Assembly: GCA_965112155.1 (NCBI GenBank)
Contig: OZ218103.1
Length of the DNA stretch: 64,000 bases
Strand: one strand, 5' to 3'
DNA from: Podarcis liolepis
Taxonomy: Eukaryota
Part shown: positions 51,581 through 64,000 of the stretch, one piece after another
Layout: each line of letters starts with the position of its first letter
Numbering within the stretch: position 1 is the first letter of the stretch
Translations under genes and position numbers: made by a program
The notes under the pieces: generated by a model
Seen by the model: the letters and a program-made list of their open reading frames with translations, nothing else
Told to the model about the DNA's origin: nothing
The model's database searches: none

Positions 51581-53174
51581 CTTGGGAGAGGGGGTTTAAC
51601 AGGGAAACGCTACAGGGGAAAGGGTTAAGTCCCCCCTCCCCAACACTGCAGCCCCAAACCAATTCATATGCACACCCACACACCCTTACTATTAATCTTT
51701 CTTAAAACCAGGGGAGATTCTAATCTCAGTTCTGTGTCACATCTGGTTTGGCCCTGAGGCTCCAGTATCTTATTACTTCAGGTGTCAATGCAGGTGAAGC
51801 TGGGGAGGAGGGCAACCTGCTTTTTCATCTTCTAGATCATCTTAACCCTGCCAGCCAAAGGTGTTCGCTTCTCCAGTTCAAAGAAGGCGATCTCTCGTTT
51901 CCTGCATCCTGCCCTTGCCTGAAGTGGGATTGGCCTTTGAGTCCTTTTCAGGGCAAGGTGTGTGTGTGTGTGGTGGTGGGGAGAGAACCTCTACTGATGT
52001 CATCCCCTTGCCCCCACTTCCTGCCATTCATAGCTACCAAATCACTCATCTACTGAGCTAGATGAATGCAAGTGATGGTGACTCATCCCTGCATACGCTG
52101 TGGGCTCGAGACGCTTTGTGTTTTGATTGTTACTTGAATTACTAGTGAATATTTTATTGTAGGGATCAGGAAACTGTCACATTTCTATTATCACTCTCTA
52201 TTCATTTCCTCGGCATCCTTGGCAAGCTTCAGAGCCCATCAAAGAATGACAAATGGCATTAAGTATAGGGATCACTTTGCTGCACCCACGGCTGAAATGA
52301 AATCTCTTTTGGTGTGGGATGGAGCAGCCACAGAACAATCCACCAAGAGAGGCTCCCAGTGCTTCTTAGGCCCACGTGTCACATACAATACACATTTTCT
52401 ACATGGAAGTCAGTTTTGTGTCAAAAATGGCACAATCCCACACAGTGTCAGAGCCAAGCTAGGTCAGTGGGTGGCCACAACTGGATTTAGACCTAACAGG
52501 TGTGTTGTCTGGCACAGGGTTCCCATGCTGAACAGTCTTCTCTGTTGACCAAGCAAAGGCAGGATATCATGTTTGCAAAACCAGAATATTTTTCCTGCCA
52601 GCCAACTACATTCCTTAGAACAGTCCCATTACAGCCAGTACATCCCCCCCCCGAGCTTCCTCCTAGTGAAAACCCAACTCTCCATATATTTTGATCACCA
52701 GATGTTTCCATCTTTTCCCCTTCATTTTTCTTTTACACTATGCATATAATGTGCCTAGTGCACTGGTAGATTTACCCCTGTATCTTTGACACTCTGTTGG
52801 TTAGGGTAGCAACAGAGCTCTAACAGTTGCTCACATAGATCCCATAACCATATAAATTATGAAGTCTGCAACAAAGAAATGGGCTTAAAATGCATCCTTT
52901 CAAATGTGTTTGCTGATACCAAGTGCACCTCTGAACTTTTCTCCTGAAAGTCTTTGGTCTTATGCAAATCATATGCTATTGTCTATTGTCTAGCACTCTG
53001 CTTTGCCTACAGTTGCAAAGAACATTTGAAGGGAGGAGGATGGATGAAAAGGGGATTGTTGCAGTTCCACAACTTTAAATCACATTCCATTGTTTGATGT
53101 ATTTTATCTGGACTGTTAGCATGGATTAGGGCGAATTTTATGCTGGTGCCTTTTTTAATTTTTAAAATTTGTAT

Positions 53175-53292
53175 TGCAGCTTTCCCCGAAGGAGATAAAG
53201 GTGGTGTACAACGTCCTCCCCACTATCTTATCCTCAAAACAATCCTGTAAGTTAGGTCAGACTGAGATTTAGTAACTGGCACAAGATCACCT
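53175..53292 (-). mobile_element. Ther1/MIR-like SINE fragment
   Basis: TTATCCTCAAAACAATCCTGTAAGTTAGG...ACTGGCACAAGATCACC. Confidence 0.6.
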
Positions 53293-53296
53293 GGTT

Positions 53297-53362
53297 TGTC
53301 CACAAAAAGCTTATGACATAATAACATTTGGTTGTCTTTAAGGGGCCACAAAACCTCTTGCT
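53297..53362. mobile_element. Penelope-like element terminal fragment
   Basis: GTCCACAAAAAGCTTATG...TCTTTAAGGGGCCACAA resembles recalled reptile Penelope ends. Confidence 0.5.
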
Positions 53363-54689
53363 CCATTTGTTGGTTTAAAATATTCCTATGTTGCCTTTCC
53401 AAGGCAGAAGGTGGCTTTCAGGAAATAAGATGAAAACACACTTATTAAATCTAACAGACATTACCATTGCTTCTTCTGAAAAATCTTAGAAAGAGTAGAT
53501 GGCAGGACCAAATCCCGGGCCAAAAAGATCAGCCTTACAAGCTGCCTTGAGAGCCAGCAAGCAGGAACTACAATCATCTATGTGGGAGATCATTCCATAG
53601 CCTCAGGGCAGTTGATGTAAAGGCCTTGTATCCAGCCACAAGAGTTCCCACACTCTACACCCACAGACACAGACCTGGAACATGAAGCCTTTCCCAGTGC
53701 AGGGCACAATACTGAAACGCTCTTGGGCAGAGCATCAGCACCCCATAATTGTTGTTGTTGATGGTGATGGTGATGATAGTACCCCATCCCTCCAGCCACT
53801 CCCCCCTCATCCAGTGCCTTTGGACATCTCTCATGCTGTTTCTGTGCCAAAAACAACCCTTCTCCTGAGCTCTGTGAAACACATGGAGATTTCAGGTGGG
53901 TGTCACCAGAAGTGGAGCGGCTGTAGACTTTGGTAATCTGGTAGGGGGAAAATTCTGACATGGCTAAAGACTTCTTCCCAACACTTCTTATACTACCTGT
54001 GCCAACATATTTGCAGGGACTAGTAATATTTAGCAGGATTGCTGTTATTTCAATTGCCAGGGATTTGGAAACTCAGGTGCTTGTTGGCATCACTCACTGC
54101 TTTCCATTCCTGAACTTCTCCTGCCTCTGCCAAAAAATTCAGAGTCAGTACCTTAGTGTCAGCAGCAGCAGGATCCCAGAGTCAGGCAAGTGACAGTTCT
54201 GGATCCTCACATGAACTGTCCTGCCAGCTCCCAGCATCACCCCAATGTGCACATGGTCACTGCCCTGCTCTCAGGAGAATTGCAGCCTCTCCAGTACTCC
54301 CAGGCAGTCAGCGTTGCGAACAAATGATACAGTCTCTGCCGCAGTGTATTCAATCAATTGCAGCAGAGCCCAAATCATGCCAGATGCCCCCATGCCCTGT
54401 TAGAGGGAAGAGACATCATTTCCTAGCAGCTGGGGGCCGCAGGGGAATATGCACACTGAACAGTAACTATAACTATATATAACTATAAATAGCAATATGC
54501 AACTGTATATATACACATCTATATACATAGTGTGTGTGTGTGTGTGTGTTAAAGGACAGTACAGAGCTTTGGTGACTATGAGGATATCAATCAGTGTACA
54601 TGGTATAGTACAGAGGAACATAGGCAAGAAAAGACTGGTCTGTGCCCCAAGGTCCCTACAATCTACATTTGGTTAGGGTATGGTTGTGG

Positions 54690-55925
54690 GGATAAGGAAG
54701 GGAAGGATTGACCCAGGAATTCATGGCCTCCATGGTGACCATGCGACTGTCTCAGTTTGTTATCAGCCTGATGCACAGAGCAGGCTATATCCTTGCCTCG
54801 GTCTTCTCTCCAAGTGGGGAGAGGGATGGTCTGGAAATAGGAGTGGTCTCTGTTGTCATGGTTGGGCCACTTCCTGATCAGGTTTGGTCTCACAGCAGAT
54901 ATCTCCCTCTGCAAGTGTGGGGGACCAATTAAGATGGTCCACCACATAGCCTTACAGATCCTGATGAATTCCTGAATGCTCTGGGGAACTTTCCAGTGGA
55001 TGGAGTAGGTGACCCTGTTAAGGCTCTTGTCTCACTGTGATGTGTGATCTCACATTGCTGAGATGAGAAGCAGTGGCGGAGCTTCATGCTCCAGCACCAG
55101 GGGCAGAGAGCAGGCGGGGGCAGGGGCTGGCATGTATCCCAGGGGAGGGACGTGCTGCCTGTGGGGGTGGGGCGCCCAGCACGGGCAGGGGGGCAGCTGC
55201 GATGGAACCCCACCGGGATTGCGCTGCTGGGGGACAGTACGCTCCCCCCACCCCCCCTTCCTCCACTAGTGATAAGAAGGGTGTTGACACAATCACTCCT
55301 GAGCACCCCTGGTATTCTAGGGAGCTGTGTGCAGTGAAACAGGCTGGATGATGGCTAAAGCACAGACGGTATATTACACATTCTGATGCCAACTGAGCAC
55401 TTGTTAGAGTTCATAATCACATCTACCATGTGACAATAAAGGCAGTGAAGAAGTCTTACTTCTCTGCCTCTATTATATACTCAAGTAATCATCCAGCAGA
55501 GCTTTTCTGGGTCATTTGGAATCTGGTTTCACCTGTTGATGGGGACAGACTACTGGAGGCAACAGAGGCCTGCTGTGATCATTAAGCCCATCTTTTGGGG
55601 ATAAAGTTGTTTGATTCTGCAGCAATGTAGATGCTATCATCATAGTTCCAGTTCCAGTTGAGGTGTCCAATGTCACCTCCTCTGACTTTATGGGATCAAC
55701 TTCCATTTATGAGGGCTGATAATATGGACAGGGCACTTGCATGATGTATCCAACTATGCGCCCTGTCGATCCCTACCCAACATGGCTGGTGAAATCAAGA
55801 GGGGAAAGGATTGGTCACTGGATTATAACAACTATCACCCTGCCATAAATACTTCTTGCCTGGGGAAGATGATTGAGAGGGTAGTGGTGGAGCAACTAAA
55901 GACATCCCTGGATGAGACTAATTAC
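54690..55925 (+). mobile_element. Degraded L2 ORF2 fragment (endonuclease-RT linker to RT start), interrupted by a DNA transposon
   Basis: Scattered motifs QEFMASM, DTI..P.PWY..EL and NYHP...LGKMIERVV...LDETN, with many stops. Confidence 0.75.
55071..55271. mobile_element. GC-rich hAT-like MITE nested in L2
   Basis: Starts CAGTGGCGGAGC; degenerate right TIR; 8-bp TSD ATGAGAAG / ATAAGAAG. Confidence 0.7.
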
Positions 55926-56795
55926 AGTGCTAAATGCCACAGACTCACTATTCTGAAGCAGGGACCAAACTAAGTTTAGGAGAACATATTTTGGTAAGGG
56001 AGCCTTCCTCCCATGGCACACCTAAAAAAACACCAAGATTGCTGTGTCATAGATGCACACAGCAGGACAGCTTACATTTTGGCAAAAAAAATATTCCAGC
56101 CACTGGGGTGTTTTTTCCAGGGACAAAAATTAATAACAAGATGCCTAATTTAAATTTATACAAGGCCATCAATTACCACAGCAGCATCTGGGAACTCTGC
56201 TGGCAGTGTCAAATTGCCAGTCATCACCATTTTATTGGGATTTCATAGTATCTGGATTATTTGCAGACAGGAAATTTCCTTACGTTAATTAAAATATTTT
56301 TAACAAGCTAACACAATTAATCACGTTGCTCTTTTTGCAGGCCTCCAGTTGTGTCCTGCTCCAGCTTACAAGGCACCCCAGCAGCTCCTGTGTTCAGGTG
56401 TCAGGAAACCACATGCAAAGGGTTGGGGGGAAGATGTACCTCCTGCCCCCACCCCTGACCTTCATGCATTCGTTGCTCCTTTGTCATCAGTTCCTATGCA
56501 TTTTTGCAGAGTCCCAGGCTGCTCATACACACCCACTGCACGTATAACATCTTCACATAGTCCTGCTCACAGATAAATCATTAACATGAGGAGGCCGAAT
56601 GTGGGAGTATGGTATACATGAACCTGGTCCCCCTCCATGCATCCATCTAAAAACAACAGCAACCCCTCTTGTGATCTCAGGGCTGTCAGCCACTCAGGAA
56701 GTTAGGTTTCTCTGCAGACCTTCCTGACTAGGTATGACCATTTACAACAACAGAACGTGCTGAGAGCTGAGCCTCATTTTATCTCATGCTATATA

Positions 56796-57040
56796 CTCCT
56801 GCCAACCTAGCAGTTCGAAAGCACCTCAAAGTGCAAGTAGATAAATAGGTATCACTCCAGCAGGAAGGTAAACGGCGTTTCCGTGTGCTGCTCTGGTTCG
56901 CAAGAAGCAGCTTGATCATGCTGGCCACATGACCAGGAAGCTGTCTGCGGGCAAACGCTGGCTCCCTCGGCCAATAAAGCGAGATGAGCGCCGCAACCCC
57001 AGGGTTGGTCACGACTGGACCTAATGGTCCTTTACCTTTA
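56796..57040 (+). mobile_element. Sauria SINE (Squam1; BovB/RTE-mobilised), 5'-truncated
   Basis: CTCCTGCCAACCTAGCAGTTCGAAAGCAC...GAGATGAGCGCCGCAACCCCAG...CCTTTACCTTTA tail; TATATA on both flanks. Confidence 0.92.
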
Positions 57041-59426
57041 TATATAATCTAGAGTTCATTTACATGTTCAGAGACGGACTATAGTCTGGCTGCAGAGGGA
57101 CAGATTTTTTTTCTTTCTTTTGAGTGGCACGTCTTCTCAAGGAGAATTTTGGGGGAACTGCATGTTGGTGAGCCAAAAGTGGGTGGTATTTGCAGCATTA
57201 CAGGATTGCAGAGCTCTCTCAGCCTCCCCATTTCTCATTCATTCACTCAGTGGTTCTCCTTGCATCTCTCTGTCCATTTCAGCTCTCCCCACGTCCCCCC
57301 TCCTCAGTTGTTTGCAGATAGTTCCATCTGTTTTGGACCTGTCCATTTCCATTCGTCCCCATCCTGCAGCTTACTACAGGCTTCCCCTGCCCCACCACCA
57401 CATAATTAAGCAGCTGCCCTATCCTGATCTCTCATAGACAATATGGAAGAGAAACCAATTCCTAGAGGAGTGGGCCAGAGAGCAAGAGTGGGCCAGCAGC
57501 TGGGCCATAGGTTGCCCACCAATCCACTACAGACGTTCTAAATAAAGCAAACATTCTCTATGCCTGTTGAAAGCTAGACATCTTCTTCCTGACATGCTAG
57601 CTTTCCACCAGCAAGACATGCTTCGACGCAAAATACTATTTGGTCAGGAGAGCTATATTGGATTCTTCCGCTGAAAATATAGAGTGATCTGCCATCATTT
57701 ACAGATTTAGCCACTCTACAGCTTTTACTTTGTAAATTACCAGTAGATCCATAACCCAGCATATTGGTATTTCCTGCCGCATTGTATCATATTTGTGTCT
57801 TGTGTCCACACACTGTAAATGTGCAGTTTGACAGTAATTCAATATGTGGTGGCACGCACACAGTGTTATGCTCACATGCCTTCCATGCTAACATGGCTTC
57901 AGCTTGTTCTATTCTAAATACAACAGTCTGTTAATTCAAAATGGGAATGTTATGGAGCTGGAAATTACTTCAAAGGCTGCATCTTGCAATTCTATGCTGC
58001 AAAGGCACCTTGTATGTAGACCATCCCTGCTGGATCATGGGTACAGCTTTACCTTGAAAACCTCCAATGAGATGATTCCAAATAAGATGTTTTGCTGCAG
58101 TACTGCTTTTGTAGTTTGATACCCCACAACGTCTTGGTTAAACCTAATGCCCAAACTGAATTTCATTTCCAGTCCTGGTGCTCTTCAGTGTATTCTCTCT
58201 TCTTTATAATGTCTCTTTAAGTAGCTGAAAATTGCTTCCCCTTTCATATTCTTTAAAATCCTGCTTAAACATATCTTGGTTGCTTCAGCCTTTTTTCCTC
58301 ATGTGACAAGCCTTCTAGAGCAGACCCTTCATCACCCACGTATTTTCCATCTGACTCCTTTCTAGGTTGTTGACAGCCTTCCTAAGTAATTAATCTGCAG
58401 TCTTGGTTATAGATTCTGTTATATAAAATGGCGCTGGCCTTTCATGCCACGGCATCACATTACTGTGAGGCAAGTGAGATGTTGCGGGGTTCTGGCAAGT
58501 CCAGGGTGTCCACCATGGGGAAAGTCCATCTGGGAAGACTCTTCCCATGACACCCAGGTGCCTTACTTGTTAGCAATGCAAAATGGCCTCTCCACACCCC
58601 ATACCCTTGCTAGCTGAGCAAGCTGAAAAACAAAAATAAGCAAAGAACATGAGTCTCAGGTGGGCTCTCCACCGCCTCATTCCAACCACTACAGAAAGCT
58701 GAATCACAAGCTTAATTAGGGTTAATGCTGCCCAAAAGGATTCTCCTGGACTCAAAGTTATTAGCAATATTGAGAAGGAGAGGAAGTGCATGGCACTAGG
58801 GACAAGAGGGGCAATAAGGGTCAATTGGTTGATCCTACTTTCCTGCCAGAGCCAGGCATGGTCCAAAAAAAGATTCTACAGATGCCTGCACAGAGCTATT
58901 TGATCAGCAATGAGAATTTATCCCCAAAGCTCCTTTTGAAGCCTGCAAGGCATGACATAAGGATTCACAGAAGCCATCAACAGAGACCAAACAAAGCAAT
59001 AATTTCCTGCATTGCCCAGCTTACCCAGACCACTGGGGCACAGGCATGGGGGGGTGTGAAGGGAGCTCTTCTGTATCAAGGATTCTGGGTCCATCTGCTT
59101 TCCCTGGAGGGTATCTTTGACCCTCCTCTTGCATCCCATAGGGAAACTAAGGTCAAAACATCAACAGTACCCCTGGAGGATTCCACCAGCTGTTGGGGCT
59201 GGGAGCATTGGCAGGCAGCAGCAAAGAGACAATATCCCCTCTGTTTAGTTTTGAACATGGAGCAGTATCTTGTGGCAGTGCATTGGCAGTCAGAAAAGAA
59301 AGAGAGTAACATCTAATATGAATACAAGTCTCCAAAATACAATGCAGGTGTAAGTCCCATATTATGTTAAGCACCCACATGATGTTCCATTTCAAGTTTA
59401 TTTAAGGAAGCAGTTTAGAGGGTCAG

Positions 59427-59600
59427 AAGAACATAGGAAACTGCCCTATATACTGAGTCAGACCATTGGTTCCATCTAGCTCAATAGTGTGTGAAGTGAC
59501 TGGCAGTATTTCTCCAGGGTTGTAGACCCAACCTGGAGGTGCTGAAGATGGACCCTGGGAACTTTTGTATATGCACGTGAAAGAGCTATGACTCTTCCCT
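59427..59600 (-). mobile_element. tRNA/CR1-tail SINE, diverged
   Basis: AACATAGGAAACTGCC...GAGTCAGACCATTGG...CCATCTAGCTC. Confidence 0.72.
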
Positions 59601-60019
59601 TAGACAGAAGATCATGTTGTCAAAACCTTCATCCCAGCAGGTTTTTCCCATCTAAGTAGCTTGACTCCCATTTCTCTTTCAGAGCCTGACTACTGCAGAA
59701 AAAATGGAACTCAATAAAATGGTGTCAGACGTTGGTTTGAGAGCAAAATATGATTTGAACAAAGCACTACAGGCAACTCCTCGTTTGGGTTGGGGTTATG
59801 TTTCAGGTTATTGTGCACATCAGCAGTCACATGTAAGCCTGTTTTGCCCTCACCCCTTTTCGCCCCTGTTTCACCCCCTTCCAGGGCCGAATACGACACA
59901 TGCAATCACTCATCAATTGGATATGACCAAAATGGTCACCACCTGTATTTGTCGTATTCAGATGAAATGGTAAATGGGGGTTGTTGCAAAATGGGATAAT
60001 TAACTCCTAATTTATTGCT

Positions 60020-60195
60020 GCTATTACTACTACTACTACTACTACTACTATTATTATATCCTGCCTTCCCTCCAGGGAGCCCAATCCTCACAACCCCACC
60101 CTGTGAGGTGGGTTAGGATGAGCGACAGTGACTGGCCCAAGGTCACCCAGTGAGCTTCATGGCTAAGTGTGGATGTGAAGCCTGGTCTCCCAAGT
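60020..60195 (-). mobile_element. Ther1/MIR-like SINE with (TAC)n/(TTA)n tail
   Basis: CCTGTGAGGTGGGTTAGG...GACTGGCCCAAGGTCACCCAGTGAGCTTCATGGC; microsatellite at 60020-60056. Confidence 0.78.
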
Positions 60196-60397
60196 CTTTG
60201 AGCACAAAAAAGGGGGAAGAGGATGAGGGACAGCATGTTCATGAGGCTAATGGCAGCTACTGTGCATGCTCAGGGACCAATGGGCTGAACTTCATCATGT
60301 AATTTTTACATATCTCTGTTATATAGATTCATCCAGTCCTAGATTGGGTTGCATGTGGAGGAACAACAGGTCTTTGCAGCAGAAATAGCTAAAGGCT

Positions 60398-60398
<1 letters not shown>

Positions 60399-60439
<41 letters not shown>
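60399..60439. repeat. (TG)n microsatellite
   Basis: About 20 TG units. Confidence 0.95.
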
Positions 60440-60443
<4 letters not shown>

Positions 60444-62659
60444 GTGTTGCCTGCCAAAAAAATGATGGCACTCTTCCATCCTTGAGAATCTGTCTTTTAA
60501 ATTGGCAGAGTAGGCACATTTGGTGTTTTCACCAACACGAGCCTCAAAAGTTTCTAGTCCCTGTTGCAACAACTGGTAACAGTGGTAACGTTTTACAGGA
60601 AAAAACAAACAAACCCTGAAATGGCCAAGGCTTCTAGCTGAGACTCCGTTCTAAGGCCCCAGTGTGTCTGGACTGTATTAGCTAACTTAATACGGAAGTG
60701 TCACCTGTTGCTGTTTGCACTGCCACTGCCAGAAACCACTTCAATTAAATCCCTTCTATGTAAGAAGGCCAAGCCAGGCATTAACAATGATCCCTTAACT
60801 TGCTCCCTTAACATGCTCCCACAAGCCTTAGGCAAACACTGTTTGTGTATAAAGGAGAACCTCGGGGTCTGGCTGTGGCTCCTGTGGAGGAGCTGCTGCT
60901 CACTTATTCGGTGGGAGTCTGAATTCCTCCTCTGGCAAACACAGCAAGCAGCAGGGACTCCTGAAATGGTGATGGCATAAACTAGGGAAATTAAGCAAGT
61001 GACTAGCTTTTCCTCTATGGGGCAACCTAAATGTTTATGGGGAGAGCACCATGTCTTGGAAAATAGGCCAGCTGTAAAGGATGGAGTGATTTAAATCGAA
61101 GCACCAACAGCATGTGTTAAGAGGGTTGCTGAACACTTCCCCAGCAAATCACTTCCCCCTAGAACCCCTTTCCCCACCCTGGCTGCAATTCCCCCATCTG
61201 GGTTCCAAGAACAGAAGGACACCCAATGTGGGAAAGCATAGCTGCTGGGAAAGTCACCTGTGAGAGTGAGGAAAGCAGCAGTTGTGAGAAGTACCTCTCT
61301 CCTCCTGCTTGCTGCTTTTTTGCTTCACTTTGCTCCATCCTGCTTCACAGCGATGCTGCATGAACCATGTTCTAAGATACAGGTCAGGCTGCCATCACTT
61401 CCAGCTTAGAGCCACGATGTGATGGGGGCAGCCCTTTACTGAAAAACAACTTTGCCTAACTAAAGTTATGGACGTCAGGCAAATGCCTATTGTCCCTCCA
61501 CACGCACCTCAATATGGGACTAGACAAATCTGTGTAGTGGAGGCATGTAAAACTCTATAGGTATTGAGCGTTTTGTGCTCTAGCTGTGGTTTGAAAAACG
61601 AGGCTGTTCCCCCATACACTGGAAAAGGCAGAGGGCTCTTGGATGAATGCTGATGGATAATGCTGCCAGTTCAGAAAGATAGCTACCCTATTACACTGAA
61701 GTTTCATAAAGCATATATAGCTGCAACTGTGCAAAAGTAAGAACGGCTCTGGGATGTGGATGTTGTACGTTTTCCATGTCCTTGCACACAGCACAGGTGC
61801 ACCATGCCATGGCCCCAGCTGGCTGAAGAAGTACCTGCTGCCTGTTGCAGGCACGCTGGGCGAGATTGCTTTGACCTCAGCAGGTGTGTCATGTTGCCGC
61901 TCTGCTTCATGCAACAGATGCCTTCTGGTCAGGCTCCTCTGAACACGACAGGTGACTTGTATGAGAATCAATGCTCTGCCACGCAGAACACGCACCAAAA
62001 TGAGTACAAAAAATGCGCTCTTGTACACAAGCTTGCTATCCTTTGTCACACTGCACATCCATCCCGAGTTCTGCCTCACAGAGCATACTTGCTGGAGAGG
62101 TAGGAGTGTTATGGTGTGGAACAGATTCTCTGTTATTGCCAGATGAAAAATAAACCAGCCAGTAATGAAAGTGAATTACACAAGGTTTTGTTTTTGTTGT
62201 GCTTTTTGGAATTCCCATAATGTTATACTGGTACTTAAGCTTAGGGCCAAACTGGATGTGTTAGGGACAGCTATGTATATTTATGCATGTGTCCACCATG
62301 TTCACATGTATGTATGATGTAGGGAGCTGCACAAATTGTAAAGTGCAGATCTCTACAGACTGTGCTGTGATAGTTACTGTGGCCTGCCCCTTTTAAAACC
62401 CATGAAATACACACACTTTCCAAGATGCCTCTGATGAGGTCACAGCTATGTACTCCAATTGAAACCCATTGGAGGGGGCGGCACACAGGTTAAAACCACT
62501 CAAAGGCCACTTGCAGGAAAAAGATAGCCAACAAGGGAATTAAGTACCTTCTTCTTCCTGCTTGCTGGTTTCCCCCTGCTAATGCACCCCTGACGCCTGC
62601 ATTGCAAATATGGCATGGGGCACCCCACCTTTGCCGTGCAACATCCAGTTTCTCCTGAG

Positions 62660-62850
62660 AGCTGGTGTTCTGTAGTGTTCTGTGTGAATCAGGAAGTCCA
62701 AGTTCAGATCTGATTTCAGCCCATGGACTTACTGAAGAGTCTTTGGCAAGTCATCATTCTTTTCAGCCTCAGCCTCCCATCTGTAATATGGGGATAATAA
62801 TACAGGGAAAAGAACAAGATTACTGAGCACTCTAAAGACCTAGGTATTAT
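62660..62850 (+). mobile_element. MIR/Ther1-like SINE, old
   Basis: CTTTGGCAAGTCA...TCAGCCTCAGCCTCCCATCTGTAATATGGGGATAATAATA. Confidence 0.7.
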
Positions 62851-64000
62851 CATCCTCATCATAATTTATTATGAATACCAATAATATATCCACTACAACT
62901 ATGACTACTACCACTTTTCTTTCCATTAGGGCTCTGCCTGCTCTCTAATTGTCTGGAATAGTAAGAGGGAAGTTGTAGCTGAGGCTATTTGACTGCTGGT
63001 GTTTTTTTATTTCCCCCTCCCCTCACAGGTGCAGTTGCCCCTCTCTGTGGGAAACACTCTCCTGGTAATGAGCTCTTTCCACCATCAGTCACTGTCTTCT
63101 TTAATGGGATGTGGGGCCAGGGGGAAATGTCCCTGGGCTGACCCCTGCTCAGGCGCTCACTCCCAGCCAAGAACAGCCCCCTCAGACTTTGGGCTGAGAA
63201 TGGCATGTGAAGGAGTGGGAGGGAGGGAAGGGCAGAGATAAGCACAGTGGAATGTGGACACTCCTGACAAAAGCACCAGCATTACATCCCAGCAGCTTGT
63301 GCAAATTCCTGCTGTGCCTTTGCTGGAGGAATGTTTGCTGTACCCATCAAGAGCACTCAAACTGTGAGGAGCCCAAGGGGGAAACTATCTTCCTGAGAGC
63401 ACCATTACACCTGAGCACTGAACAAAGGCAGGGAAGGCATAATCCATCTGCCAAAAACCAGGGAGGACAGATGCTAAGCACCTAAGGAATTTCACATTGC
63501 ATGTTGCCCAGGAACTGCCTTCCCTAGGTTAGCAGTGCCAGCCTTGATCAGACAGTCTTCCAGAAGGACACCTGTGTGCAGCGCAAGCAGGCCAGAAGCA
63601 TCAGCAAAGCCACCTTGCTCATCTCCTTTCACAGACACTTCTGAGAGTTGCTTTATAATAGCTTCTAAAGTGCTGGTGGCTGGTTGGGGGGGTGGGATGA
63701 AACCTGTCACCCAGTGCGCTCCCCAGACACTAGGCTGCATTTGCTATGGGAAGGCACTCCCCTTCCTTATTACAAGGTGCTGTGATTTTACAGGAGAAAT
63801 TAACTGCCAAAGCTAAGAATTATGATGGCAAATTATAATGGCCAACCACAAATATGCATATCCTCCAATTGAACAGGAACAAAAAACATTATAGTTTAAA
63901 GGGTGTGAGGGTCAACTTTCCCAAATGCCAGTAAAGACATCTCAAAAAGCATTCTGATCCACGCATTAGCCTCACTGGGTGGTAGAGGATCATTCCTTGC

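Noticed and set aside
58786-59316. Longest ORF in the window (176 aa)
   Set aside because: No recognisable domain, GTG start, and composition consistent with a chance ORF.
6931-59600. tRNA-like box A/B sequences as tRNA genes
   Set aside because: All are SINE heads followed by LINE-derived tails; none forms a complete cloverleaf.
1-64000. CRISPR arrays, prokaryotic operons or intact autonomous transposons
   Set aside because: The DNA is eukaryotic; there is no regularly spaced repeat-spacer array and no intact transposase or RT ORF.

Overview
Non-coding vertebrate genomic DNA. The repeat content (a Sauria SINE, a Squam3-type CORE SINE, tRNA/CR1-tail SINEs, squamate L2 and CR1 fragments, short hAT and Tc1/mariner MITEs, Gypsy-like solo LTRs) points to a squamate reptile, most likely a lacertid lizard; this is inferred from recalled repeat consensus sequences, not from a search. 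I cannot support any host protein-coding gene. The only ORFs with recognisable protein similarity are broken L2 retrotransposon ORF2 fragments (about 11.2-12.3 kb, 22.4-23.0 kb, 33.7-33.9 kb, 54.7-55.9 kb). The window reads like part of a very long intron or a gene desert. TE remnants alternate with repeat-free blocks dense in homeodomain, POU, PBX-HOX, bHLH and GATA motifs, which are candidate developmental enhancers. There is one good CTCF motif, several isolated exon-like units with strong splice signals, two AG|GT recursive-splice-like junctions, and several nested insertions with target-site duplications. I found no convincing novel protein system; the most testable leads are regulatory or splicing-related.
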